DNA of 32,000 bases from Xanthomonas campestris pv. campestris str. ATCC 33913 (GTDB lineage Bacteria; Pseudomonadota; Gammaproteobacteria; Xanthomonadales; Xanthomonadaceae): NCBI RefSeq assembly GCF_000007145.1, contig NC_003902.1, forward strand, positions 1,087,436 to 1,119,435, written 5' to 3'. A program made the translations under genes and the position numbers. Under the pieces are notes generated by a model. That model was not told the DNA's origin and did not search any database. It worked only from the letters and a program-made list of their open reading frames with translations. Below, piece after piece: positions 9,489 through 18,047 of the stretch. Position 1 is the first letter of the stretch, and every line of letters starts with the position of its first letter.

Positions 9489-10205
9489 ATGAAGCCATCC
9501 TCGCTTGCTTGTTGCCTGTCGCTGTTGCTCCTGGGTGCCGCGCCGTTGGCACAGGCACAGGACGAAGACGCACCCGCCTCACCGTTCACCGGCACCTTCG
9601 CGGTGACCAGCGATTACCTGTTCCGCGGCATTTCGCAGACCAACGAAGAGGCTGCGTTTCAGGCCGGGCTGACCTACAAGACACCGTTCGGCCTGTACAT
9701 CGGCACCTGGACTTCCAACGTCGATTACGGCGCGGGCGATCCGGATTGGGAAGTGGATGGTTTTGTCGGCTACAACAAGGACCTTGGGGCCAACTGGAAT
9801 GTCGATGTCATGGTCAACCGTTACCAGTATCTGGGAGCGGGCGCGTCAAATTACGCCGAACTGATCACCAAGACCACGTTCCTGAAAACCTATAGCGTCA
9901 CGGTTGCCTATACCAACGATCTGTACGGCACCAAGACCGATGGTTACTACTACGCGCTGGACGCCAACTGGACGCTGCCGTACGACTTCACCTTTGGTGC
10001 GCACGCGGGCCACAGCATCTATACCTCTTCGCTTAGCCAGGTGGACCACGACTACAACGATTTCGGGGTGAACGTGGGCAAGGCGTTCGGCCCGCTCGGT
10101 TTGAGCGTGGGCTACTACGACACCAGCGAAGCGGCGGAGTTCGGATTTGGCCGGCAGAATTCGCAGAACCATCTGGTCGCCACGGCGACGGTGACCTGGC
10201 CGTAA
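9489..10205 (+). CDS. TorF / Gcw_chp (TIGR02001)-family putative outer-membrane porin
   Basis: ATG at 9489 within ORF 9231-10205, with AGGAG at 9477-9481. Signal peptide MKPSSLACCLSLLLLGAAPLAQA/QD. The hallmark family N-terminus is GTFAVTSDYLFRGISQTNEEAAFQAGLTYKTPFGLYIGTWTSNVDY. About 238 aa with alternating beta-strand-like sequence. Confidence 0.8.
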   Translation: MKPSSLACCLSLLLLGAAPLAQAQDEDAPASPFTGTFAVTSDYLFRGISQTNEEAAFQAGLTYKTPFGLYIGTWTSNVDYGAGDPDWEVDGFVGYNKDLGANWNVDVMVNRYQYLGAGASNYAELITKTTFLKTYSVTVAYTNDLYGTKTDGYYYALDANWTLPYDFTFGAHAGHSIYTSSLSQVDHDYNDFGVNVGKAFGPLGLSVGYYDTSEAAEFGFGRQNSQNHLVATATVTWP

Positions 10206-10353
10206 GCAAGGCGCTGCGCTCAGGGCATTTGCCGGAACACTGGAGCGCGCTGCGGGCATGAGAGTGGGGCAGTGCGATCAATTTTTGGTGCAGCTGGCGG
10301 CGAAGCGACAGCGCCGGTGATGCGTGTCGAGATAATCACTGAGGCTGACATGC

Positions 10354-10377
10354 AAAAGGCGCCTTCCGGCGCCTTTT
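10354..10377. terminator. Bidirectional rho-independent terminator shared by the convergent porin gene and tdh
   Basis: AAAA-GGCGCC-TTCC-GGCGCC-TTTT. The perfect 6-bp GC stem (10358-10363 / 10368-10373) is flanked by an A-run and a T-run, so it reads as a terminator on both strands. It sits 26 nt downstream of the tdh stop. Confidence 0.8.
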
Positions 10378-10403
10378 GCGTTTCACAGCGGTGGAGCGGT
10401 TAC

Positions 10404-11426
10404 TCAGTTCCAGCTCAACACAACCTTGCCGGCCTTGCCTTCTTCCATCAGGTCGAACCCCTTCTGGAACTCGTCGATCGACAACTGGTGGGTCAGCACT
10501 TTCTGCAGCGGAAAACCCGATAGCACCAGCTGGGTCATCTTGTACCAGGTCTCGTACATCTTGCGTCCGTAGATGCCCTGCACGGTGAGGCCCTTGAAGA
10601 TGATCTTGTCCCAATCGCAACCGGCGCCGCGCGGCATGATGCCGAGCATCGCGATCTTGCCGCCGTGGTACATGCAATCGAGCATGTCGTTGAACGCGCG
10701 CGGGTTGCCGCTCATTTCCAGGCCCACGTCGAAGCCTTCCATGTGCAGGTCGGCCATGACGTCCTTGAGCGAGGTCTTGGACACGTTGACCACGCGCGTG
10801 GCGCCCAGGTCGGCGGCCAGCTTGAGGCGGAAGTCGTTGACGTCGGTGACCACCACATTGCGCGCACCGATGTGCTTGCAGATGCCGGCGGCAATGATGC
10901 CGATCGGGCCGGCGCCGGTGATCAGCACGTCTTCGCCGATGACATCGAATTCCAGCGCGCAATGCGCGGCGTTGCCGTAGGGGTCGAAGAAGGCGGCCAG
11001 CTCGGAGGGGATCTGGTCGGGGATCGGCCACAGGTTGCTGGCCGGCATCACCATGTATTCGGCAAAGGCGCCGTTGACGTTGACGCCGATGCCCACCGTG
11101 TTGGGGCACAGGTGCGGGCGGCCGCCACGGCAGTTGCGGCAATGCCCGCAGACGATGTGGCCTTCGGCCGACACGCGCTGGCCGACCTGGTAGCCGGTCA
11201 CCGCCGAACCGAGCTCGGCCACGCGGCCGACGAACTCGTGGCCGATGGTCAGGCCCGGCGTAATGGTGCGTTGGCTCCACTCATCCCACAGGTAGATATG
11301 CAGGTCGGTGCCGCAGATGGCGGTCTTTTCCAGCTTGATCAGGACCTCATTCGGGCCCGGGGTGGGCACGGGGACCTGTTCCAGCCAGATGCCCTTGCTC
11401 GCTTCGCGCTTGACCAGCGCCTTCAT
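10404..11426 (-). CDS. tdh: L-threonine 3-dehydrogenase (zinc-dependent MDR family)
   Basis: ORF 10404-11474(-). From [21 protein letters not shown]... it is collinear with E. coli Tdh ([21 protein letters not shown]...; [52 protein letters not shown]). The upstream ATG at 11438 (MAQTMKAL...) is an alternative start. Confidence 0.95.
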   Translation of the reverse strand: MKALVKREASKGIWLEQVPVPTPGPNEVLIKLEKTAICGTDLHIYLWDEWSQRTITPGLTIGHEFVGRVAELGSAVTGYQVGQRVSAEGHIVCGHCRNCRGGRPHLCPNTVGIGVNVNGAFAEYMVMPASNLWPIPDQIPSELAAFFDPYGNAAHCALEFDVIGEDVLITGAGPIGIIAAGICKHIGARNVVVTDVNDFRLKLAADLGATRVVNVSKTSLKDVMADLHMEGFDVGLEMSGNPRAFNDMLDCMYHGGKIAMLGIMPRGAGCDWDKIIFKGLTVQGIYGRKMYETWYKMTQLVLSGFPLQKVLTHQLSIDEFQKGFDLMEEGKAGKVVLSWN

Positions 11427-11473
11427 CGTCTGCGCCATCTGGCGGGACCTGCTCAGTGAAAGATAAGCCGGCA

Positions 11474-11479
11474 ATTATA
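11474..11479 (-). promoter_or_regulatory. Candidate -10 hexamer (perfect TATAAT on the minus strand) for tdh
   Basis: The plus strand reads ATTATA at 11474-11479, which is TATAAT on the tdh strand. It lies 35-48 nt upstream of the two candidate tdh start codons. I could not find a convincing -35 at 17-bp spacing, hence the low confidence. Confidence 0.3.
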
Positions 11480-11988
11480 TGCGGCCGGGCGTCGGCGCCA
11501 TGCGGCGGTGCACGATTGCGGTGGAACTCGGCTCGGTAGGACGGGGTGGAGCGGGAGGCGCGTCAAGCGAATGGCGCTGAGCGCGTTGCGGTCGATCATG
11601 TCGCGGAATGGGCCATGCCCGTGCCTGATGGAGAGATCCGGAGGCGTGCGAGGCAGACGCATGTGAGCCTCGCAGAGCCGCCCTAGCGGACTGATGCTTG
11701 CGATCGACTGGTGGCGCGGTGGATCAGCCCGCCAGAGCTTGCCCCTGAAGAAAAGTGCCTGGCAGGAACGCCCGATGCAACGTGCGGCGCTTGATGGCCG
11801 TGCCATCCAGCGCCGCTGCCGGCATCCGCTGTCTCCAACCCCTCTCCCGACGGCGAGGGGCTTGGGTCGAGAACCTGCTGGCGCCGGAGAAGGCGCCACT
11901 ACGGTGGACTCCTCCATGCGCTGGCGTTGCACCGCATTCACTCGCGGAAGCAACGCGCATCCACCCCTGCGCCGCTCATTCGCCAGCG

Positions 11989-14313
11989 TCAGAACTTCAC
12001 ATCCAGGCTCAGGAAGGTCTGCCGCGGCGCGCCCACCACCATGGTCTGGTTGTAGCCATTCGGATCGGAGGCGACATAGCCGTTGGTGCCGGTGCTGGCG
12101 AAGTAGCGCTTGTCGGTGAGGTTGGTGATGTTCAAGGCCAGCGCGACATCGGCTACGCCGCCAAGGCGGCCGAAGTCATAGCGCGCGCCGGCATTGAACA
12201 GCCAGTACGAGGGCACCTGCGAATCGTTGAGGAAGGTGATGTAGCGCTTGTCGACATACTTGCCGTCCAGATCCAGCCGCAGGTTGCCAATCTGGTAGCT
12301 CGCGCTGGAAGAGAACATCAACGCCGGAATGCCGACCACGTCCTTGCCCGCGGTGGCGACCACGCCGTTGTTGAGGTAATCGTCCTGGTAGCGCGAGCGA
12401 TTCCACGACAGCGAGTTCAACCAGCTCAGGCCCTCGATCGGGCGCCACATCAACGCCAGGTCGGCGCCGGCGCTGTGCACCGCGCCGACGTTGCTCAGGA
12501 TCGATGCGCAGGTCTGCACGGCCGTACACGGCGAGGTGGTCAACAGGCGGTTGGAGAACTTGGTGAAGTAGGCGTCGGCCGAGAGCTGGAATTGCGCGTC
12601 CTGCACGCGGTAGCCCACCTGCACCGTCTGCGACTCTTCCGGTTCCAGCGTGGAGCGGCTGCGGTCGAACGCGGCCTGCGAGGTGGCGAACGGCGTAAAG
12701 CCGAACGCGGCGATGTTCTTGCTGTAGGAGGCGTAGATGTCCTGGCGTTCGTCGAGTTTGTAGTTCACGCCGACTTGCGGCAGGAAGTTGTCTTCGGCAC
12801 GGATGCGCCCCTGTGCCAGCGCGGTGGTCGGCACCAGCGATTGCGCGCGCGTAGTGGTGCTGAGCGCCTTTGCGCCGTAGTTCACGGTCAGGCGGTCATC
12901 GAGCAGGCGCACGGTGTCCTGCAGGTACAGCATGCGGGTCTGAGTGGTGTAGCGCTGCTGGAAATCGCGGCGGAATGGGGTCTGCGCTTCATACACGTTG
13001 TACAGCGACGTGTAGCCCTCGTTGCCCAGCGCGAAGTAATTGCGCCCTTGCGTGGTGCGTGCATTCTCGGCCCAGACGCCGGCTTCCAGATCGTGATTGC
13101 CCCATGACCACTTCAATGCGCTGGTACCACCGAAACGGTCCAGGCCATAGTCGGTGGTGCGCATCGACACCGGGATCTGCGCCGAGGTGACGACATACGG
13201 CGTCACCCACTGCCCCTCGCCGCGATTGGCGTGGTAGTAGCCGGCGGCATCCAGGGTTGCACCGCCGAACACGAACGTGCCCGAAAGGCCGGCAAGATTG
13301 TCGCGGCGCAGGCCGCCACCGGCGTAGTAACTGGCATCGAGCCAGCTGTAGTCGTCCGGCAATCCGGCCAGCGATTGCGGATAGCCGTTGGCCACGCCAC
13401 TGGTGGCACCGGTGGTCTGATACGCACGTGCCATCTGCACCGCGGTGGCCCAATCCGGTTGCAGGTAGTCGTAGTCCCAACCCAGCGCGCGCTGACTGGT
13501 CAACGACAAGTCCATGTAGTCGTATTCCTTGCGCCGCGAGGTATCCAGGAACAGGCTCAGACGATTGCCATCGCCCCACTGGTACACGGTCTTGAGGTTG
13601 GCCTGCTCGGATTGCTGATCGCCGAAACCCTTCCACTTGTCGGTGCTGGCGTTGGCGTAGGACAGATACGCCGACAGGCCATTGCGATCGCCGGTATCGG
13701 CGCGCGCGAAGGTGCGTCGCGTTGCATCGCTGCCCACCGTCTGCACCAGCCGCGCGCCGGGCGTGGTCTGCGGGTCGGCGGAGTAGAACTGCATGGTGCC
13801 GCCCAGATTGGTGTTGGACGCAGTGCCGAGCGCGCCGGCGCCTTGTGCGATCTCTACCGAACCGATGTTTTCGGAAATGATGGCGCGGGTGATGTGCAGG
13901 CCGTTGGTGACGCCGTAGCTCATGTTGCCCAGCGGGATGCCGTCGAGCGTGTAGCCCAGGCGGCTCTGGTCGAAGCCATGCAAGGTGACCTGCGTGGACC
14001 ACTCATAGGTGCCGAAGGGATCGGCGGACTGGAACTGCACGCCGGGCAGCTTTTCCACCGCCTTGAAGGCGCTGCTACCCGGTGTCAGCTGCTCGATGTC
14101 CTGCCGGCTGATGCGTTGCACCTGCCGCGTGCTGCCTTGCGAGACCACGTTGATCGCATCCAGCTGGGTCGCGTTGCCAGCCGCATCGGCGGGCGTTACC
14201 GGCGCGTCCGCCGCGCTGGCGGGGATAGGGTCGGCGGCGTGTGCGATGACGGGAAGCAGCACGGCGAGGGCGAGTGCCAGTGGCGTGACATGGAAACGAC
14301 GGGCGGAAGTCAT
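11989..14313 (-). CDS. TonB-dependent outer-membrane receptor (774 aa), substrate unknown
   Basis: ATG at 14313 within ORF 11989-14424(-). Signal peptide MTSARRFHVTPLALALAVLLPVIAHA/AD. TonB-box/plug region LDAINVVSQGSTRQ...KLPGVQFQSADPFG...LDGIPLG. Long beta-barrel ending in the canonical aromatic terminus ...FLSLDVKF. Confidence 0.9.
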   Translation of the reverse strand: MTSARRFHVTPLALALAVLLPVIAHAADPIPASAADAPVTPADAAGNATQLDAINVVSQGSTRQVQRISRQDIEQLTPGSSAFKAVEKLPGVQFQSADPFGTYEWSTQVTLHGFDQSRLGYTLDGIPLGNMSYGVTNGLHITRAIISENIGSVEIAQGAGALGTASNTNLGGTMQFYSADPQTTPGARLVQTVGSDATRRTFARADTGDRNGLSAYLSYANASTDKWKGFGDQQSEQANLKTVYQWGDGNRLSLFLDTSRRKEYDYMDLSLTSQRALGWDYDYLQPDWATAVQMARAYQTTGATSGVANGYPQSLAGLPDDYSWLDASYYAGGGLRRDNLAGLSGTFVFGGATLDAAGYYHANRGEGQWVTPYVVTSAQIPVSMRTTDYGLDRFGGTSALKWSWGNHDLEAGVWAENARTTQGRNYFALGNEGYTSLYNVYEAQTPFRRDFQQRYTTQTRMLYLQDTVRLLDDRLTVNYGAKALSTTTRAQSLVPTTALAQGRIRAEDNFLPQVGVNYKLDERQDIYASYSKNIAAFGFTPFATSQAAFDRSRSTLEPEESQTVQVGYRVQDAQFQLSADAYFTKFSNRLLTTSPCTAVQTCASILSNVGAVHSAGADLALMWRPIEGLSWLNSLSWNRSRYQDDYLNNGVVATAGKDVVGIPALMFSSSASYQIGNLRLDLDGKYVDKRYITFLNDSQVPSYWLFNAGARYDFGRLGGVADVALALNITNLTDKRYFASTGTNGYVASDPNGYNQTMVVGAPRQTFLSLDVKF

Positions 14314-14394
14314 GGGGGAATCCTGTTCGAGCACGGCTGAGGGCGGACGCACGGTGCAAGACCGGCGTTTCGCGACGCAGGGTGTCAACGGCTC

Positions 14395-14412
14395 ATGAAA
14401 CATTGATGACGG
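14395..14412 (-). promoter_or_regulatory. Weaker Pho-box-like element oriented toward the TonB-dependent receptor gene
   Basis: The reverse complement of 14395-14412 reads CCGTCAT-CAAT-GTTTCAT, a 7-4-7 arrangement resembling the PhoB box CTGTCAT-A(A/T)A(T/A)-CTGTCA(C/T) with several mismatches. No good -10 lies at the expected distance. Confidence 0.3.
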
Positions 14413-14415
14413 TGG

Positions 14416-14433
14416 CTGTCGCAAAACTGTCGC
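14416..14433 (+). promoter_or_regulatory. Pho-box-like direct repeat upstream of the phospholipase C gene
   Basis: CTGTCGC-AAAA-CTGTCGC is an exact 7-nt direct repeat with 11-bp phasing and an A-rich spacer. The CTGTC cores match the PhoB box consensus. TATACG (14444-14449) lies about 10 bp downstream as a -10 candidate. The plc ATG is at 14518. Confidence 0.55.
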
Positions 14434-14517
14434 GTGCGGGGGCTATACGTGTGCACTGGCGTCGCGCGCCGCTGCGGCACGCCGTCTTTTTCAGTGTTTT
14501 CCAAAGGTTTTTCTTCC

Positions 14518-16599
14518 ATGACGGCCTCCCCCTCGCGTCGCGACTTTCTCAAACGTGTGGCAGCACTGACGGCTGCCGGTGCGCTACCCGCCTCGATCGG
14601 ACGCGCGCTCGCACTGCCGGCAAACGCACGCACCGGTACCTTGCGCGACATCGAACACGTGGTGATCCTGATGCAGGAAAACCGCTCCTTCGATCATTAC
14701 TTCGGCACCATGCGCGGTGTGCGCGGCTTCGGCGACCCGCGTGCGCTGCAGTTACGCGACGGCAACCCGGTGTGGAGCCAGGCAGCCAGCGACGGGCGAC
14801 GTGTGTTGCCGTTCGCCTTCGATGCGCGCAACACCTGCGCGCCGCTGATCAAGAGCCTGGATCACTCCTGGAAAGCCGGCCATGGGCAAGACCCGTTGCG
14901 CTGGCAGGAATACGACGCCTGGGTGCCGTACAAGGGCGAGCTGACGATGGGTTATTTCCAGCGCAGCGATATTCCGTACTACCACGCGCTCGCCGATGCG
15001 TTCACCATTTGCGATGGTTATTTCTGCTCGCTGCACGGGCCCACCAATCCCAATCGCATGTATCTGTTCACCGGTACCAGCGGCTTGAGCGTGGGCAACA
15101 CCGGTGCGCAGACGGTCACCAATGCCGACGACGGCAACTGGACCGCCGACATGGCGCGCGACAAACCCGGTTACGCCGCGATGCAATGGACCACCTACGC
15201 GCAGCGGCTGCAGGCGGCCGGTGTCGATTGGCGGGTGTATCAGGAGTACGACAACTTCGGCTGCAATTCGTTGGCGTACTTTGCGCACTATCGCGATCTG
15301 GATCGCAACGATGAGCGCTATCGACGCGCACGTGCGTGCGTCCCGGGGTCCACTGCCGACAATGCCGCCACCACGCAGGCCGATCATCTGGTCGCAGCCA
15401 TCGCCGCCGATGTACAAGCCAACCGACTGCCGCAGGTGTCGTGGGTGATCCCGCCCACCGCCTATTGCGAACATCCCGAAGCGCCGCCGGCATATGGCGA
15501 ATCGCTGGTGGCGCGGCTGATCGATGCGCTCACCGCCAATCCCGAGGTGTGGTCCAAGACCGCGCTGATCATCAACTACGACGAGAACGACGGCTTCTTC
15601 GACCACGTGCCTGCGCCGCTGCCGGCACTGGATGCGCGCATGGGCCGCAGTAACGTGGACGCGCGCGGCGAAGTGCACGAGGGCGTTCCGGTTGGGCTGG
15701 GCATTCGCGTGCCGATGCTGGTGATCTCGCCCTGGACGCGCGGCGGCTGGGTCAACTCGCAGGTGTTCGACCACACCTCTGTGCTGCGTTTGCTCGAGCG
15801 CCGTTTCGGTGTGGCCGAACCCAACATCAGCCCGTGGCGACGCGCGGTGAGTGGCGATCTCACCAGCGTGTTCGACTTCCGCCAGCCGGACCATTCCGCG
15901 CTGAGCGCGCTGCCAGCGATCGGCGACTACCGCGCACGCACGGCCGCGGTGCGCGACAAACCGCTGCCGGTGCCGCCAACCACTGCGCAGATGCCGCGGC
16001 AGGAACCAGGGCAGCGGCCCGCGCGCGCGCTGCCGTATGCGTTGCAGGTGCATGCGCGTGTCCACGATGACAGCGGCGTGCAGTTGCAGTTCATCAACAC
16101 CGGTGCCGCTGCAGCTGCCTTCAACGTGTACACGTCCGCCGCGACAGGCGGCCCCTGGTATTACACCGTCTTGCCCGGCACTCAGCTGGACGACGTGCCG
16201 ATGGGCGCGGTGCACGACGGCGCGTATGCATTGCGCGTGCACGGCCCGAATGGATTTTTGCGCGAGTTCGCAGGGAATTTAGGTGCCGAGCAGCCGGCGT
16301 TGGCTGCGCCGTGGGTGCAGGCGCGTCAGGATGGCGAGCTGCTGGTGTTGGAGATCGGCAATGCCGGGCGCCAGCCGTGCACGCTGCAGGTGCGCGCGCT
16401 GGATTACGCCGAGCCGACCACACAGCCGCTGCAGTTGGCCGCAGGGCAGCGCCACACTCTGCGCCTGACATTGGCGGCAAGCGATCACTGGTATGACATT
16501 GTGGTGGAGCAGCCGGGCAGCGCGTTCCGCCGCCGGCTGGCCGGGCACCTGGAAACCGGCAAGCCCAGTCGCAGCGACCCGGCGCTCGGTCGCGCCTGA
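14518..16599 (+). CDS. plcN: Phosphocholine-specific (non-haemolytic type) phospholipase C / phosphoesterase family protein, Tat-exported
   Basis: ATG at 14518 within ORF 14434-16599. Twin-arginine signal MTASPSRRDFLKRVAALTAAGALPASIGRALA. Phosphoesterase-family core IEHVVILMQENRSFDHYFGTMRGVRGF...INYDENDGFFDHVP...RVPMLVISPW. The long C-terminal tandem-domain tail is typical of the PlcH/PlcN group (693 aa). The symbol is by family analogy only. Confidence 0.85.
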   Translation: MTASPSRRDFLKRVAALTAAGALPASIGRALALPANARTGTLRDIEHVVILMQENRSFDHYFGTMRGVRGFGDPRALQLRDGNPVWSQAASDGRRVLPFAFDARNTCAPLIKSLDHSWKAGHGQDPLRWQEYDAWVPYKGELTMGYFQRSDIPYYHALADAFTICDGYFCSLHGPTNPNRMYLFTGTSGLSVGNTGAQTVTNADDGNWTADMARDKPGYAAMQWTTYAQRLQAAGVDWRVYQEYDNFGCNSLAYFAHYRDLDRNDERYRRARACVPGSTADNAATTQADHLVAAIAADVQANRLPQVSWVIPPTAYCEHPEAPPAYGESLVARLIDALTANPEVWSKTALIINYDENDGFFDHVPAPLPALDARMGRSNVDARGEVHEGVPVGLGIRVPMLVISPWTRGGWVNSQVFDHTSVLRLLERRFGVAEPNISPWRRAVSGDLTSVFDFRQPDHSALSALPAIGDYRARTAAVRDKPLPVPPTTAQMPRQEPGQRPARALPYALQVHARVHDDSGVQLQFINTGAAAAAFNVYTSAATGGPWYYTVLPGTQLDDVPMGAVHDGAYALRVHGPNGFLREFAGNLGAEQPALAAPWVQARQDGELLVLEIGNAGRQPCTLQVRALDYAEPTTQPLQLAAGQRHTLRLTLAASDHWYDIVVEQPGSAFRRRLAGHLETGKPSRSDPALGRA

Positions 16600-16770
16600 G
16601 CCAGCCGCGGGTTCTGGCCGGCGTGCGGGTGGCATGCAACGCGCAGGACGGTGCGCCGACCAGATCACCGTCTGGCTGATTCGCGGCCCGGGGAGGCGGC
16701 GAGGGCGGTATCATGCCGCTCCCGTCTGGCCGCAAGGCGAGCCGGCCCCTCCCCAAGGAATCTCTCGCGC

Positions 16771-17415
16771 ATGCGCATCCTGCTTGCCCGTCACGGCGAG
16801 ACGCCGTGGAACGCCGAAGGCCGTTACCAGGGCCAGATCGATATCCCGCTGTCACCGGTCGGCGAAGGGCAGGGCGCCGCGTTGGGCGCGCGTCTGCAGG
16901 CCTTGCAGATCACCCGCGCAGTGGCATCGCCACTCTCGCGTGCCCAGGCCACCGCAACGTTGGCGCTTGGCAGTGCACGCGCAGGCCTGCTGCAGACCGA
17001 TGCGGACCTGCAGGAAATCGCCCATGGCGAATGGGAAGGGTTGCTTGCAAGCGAAATCAATGACAAGGATCCGGCACGCCTGCGCGCATGGCGCGAAGAA
17101 CCCGACACCGTACTGATGCCCGGCGGCGAGTCGCTGCGTCAGGTGCTCGATCGCAGCTGGCGCGGTCTGGCGCGCGCCGCCGACGGCCTGGGTGCAGACG
17201 ACACCTTGCTTGTGGTCGCGCACGATGCGGTCAACCGCGTGATCCTGTGCAAGATCCTCGGCCTGCCGCTGTCCAAGTTGTGGACATTCCGCCAGGCCCC
17301 CACCACGCTCAACCTGCTCGAAGGCGACGACGTCGATCACCTGGAAGTGGTCCGCCTCAACGATTGCGCGCACCACACGCCGTTCTTTGGTGAAGCCAAG
17401 CATCGGGCGTTATAA
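16771..17415 (+). CDS. Histidine phosphatase family protein (phosphoglycerate mutase-like; GpmB/CobC-type)
   Basis: ATG at 16771 within ORF 16651-17415. Catalytic RHG motif in MRILLARHGETPWNAEGRYQGQIDIPLS. Downstream EIAHGEWEG and VVAHDAV (the second catalytic His). 214 aa. Confidence 0.85.
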   Translation: MRILLARHGETPWNAEGRYQGQIDIPLSPVGEGQGAALGARLQALQITRAVASPLSRAQATATLALGSARAGLLQTDADLQEIAHGEWEGLLASEINDKDPARLRAWREEPDTVLMPGGESLRQVLDRSWRGLARAADGLGADDTLLVVAHDAVNRVILCKILGLPLSKLWTFRQAPTTLNLLEGDDVDHLEVVRLNDCAHHTPFFGEAKHRAL

Positions 17416-17432
17416 GGCCACGTGCGGCAAGG

Positions 17433-18008
17433 ATGCTGGAAGACGCCATGGCGCGTTCGACCGTAACACCGCCCCGCTGGCCAAAAGCGTTCCGTATGAC
17501 GGCGCTCGCGGGAGTAGCCGGCCTGTTGGCGCTGGGGAGCTTCTCCGATTTCATCCCCGCACCCTTCATGTCCGGGCGGAGCTGGATTGCGCCGATGTGG
17601 CTGCTGGGCGCGGCAATGACGGCGTTTATCGTCGTGCAGGGCTATCGCTTCGGTGGATGGAAGGTGGTCGTCGGCAAGCAGCTGATCAACACCGTGCTTG
17701 CGATCTGCCTGGCGCCGCCGTTGTTGGGGCTGCTGTGCTGGATCGTGCTGGCCAGAGGCGCGCCGTGGATCTACACGCGTATCGCGGGCGTGGGTTTTGA
17801 AGAAACCCACCTCATGCAAACCGAATACGTGCGCAATGCGCGGACCTGCAAATACCGGTTGAGCGGCGGCCCGCTCGAAGATCGTTTCCCGAGCCATCTG
17901 TGCATCAGTGAGCAGTTGTATCGGCGGCATCCGGACCAGCCGGTTGCGATGCGGGTGCGTGGCCAGCGGTCGGTGCTGGGCATGCGCATCGCGTCGGCCC
18001 TGCCGTAA
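17433..18008 (+). CDS. Uncharacterised membrane protein, paralog A (three predicted TM helices plus an ~80-aa Cys-containing C-terminal domain)
   Basis: ORF 17433-18008, starting 18 nt after the phosphatase stop. The second ATG at 17448 has the better GGAAG spacing and may be the true start. Hydrophobic segments: LAGVAGLLALGSF, WIAPMWLLGAAMTAFIVV, LINTVLAICLAPPLLGLLCWIVLA. Coding status is supported by clear protein-level similarity to the next ORF. I recognise no family. Confidence 0.7.
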   Translation: MLEDAMARSTVTPPRWPKAFRMTALAGVAGLLALGSFSDFIPAPFMSGRSWIAPMWLLGAAMTAFIVVQGYRFGGWKVVVGKQLINTVLAICLAPPLLGLLCWIVLARGAPWIYTRIAGVGFEETHLMQTEYVRNARTCKYRLSGGPLEDRFPSHLCISEQLYRRHPDQPVAMRVRGQRSVLGMRIASALP

Positions 18009-18047
18009 TTCGGCGCACGCTCCAACGTACCTCGTCAGGATGATCAA

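Noticed and set aside
14314-14517. Cobalamin or other riboswitch in the leader of the TonB-dependent receptor, and a glycine riboswitch in the 11427-11988 spacer upstream of tdh.
   Set aside because: The receptor leader is far too short (under about 100 nt to the divergent promoter) for a B12 element. I could not find the conserved glycine-riboswitch core on the tdh strand. The GGAGAG strings occur only in the wrong orientation or as part of hairpins.
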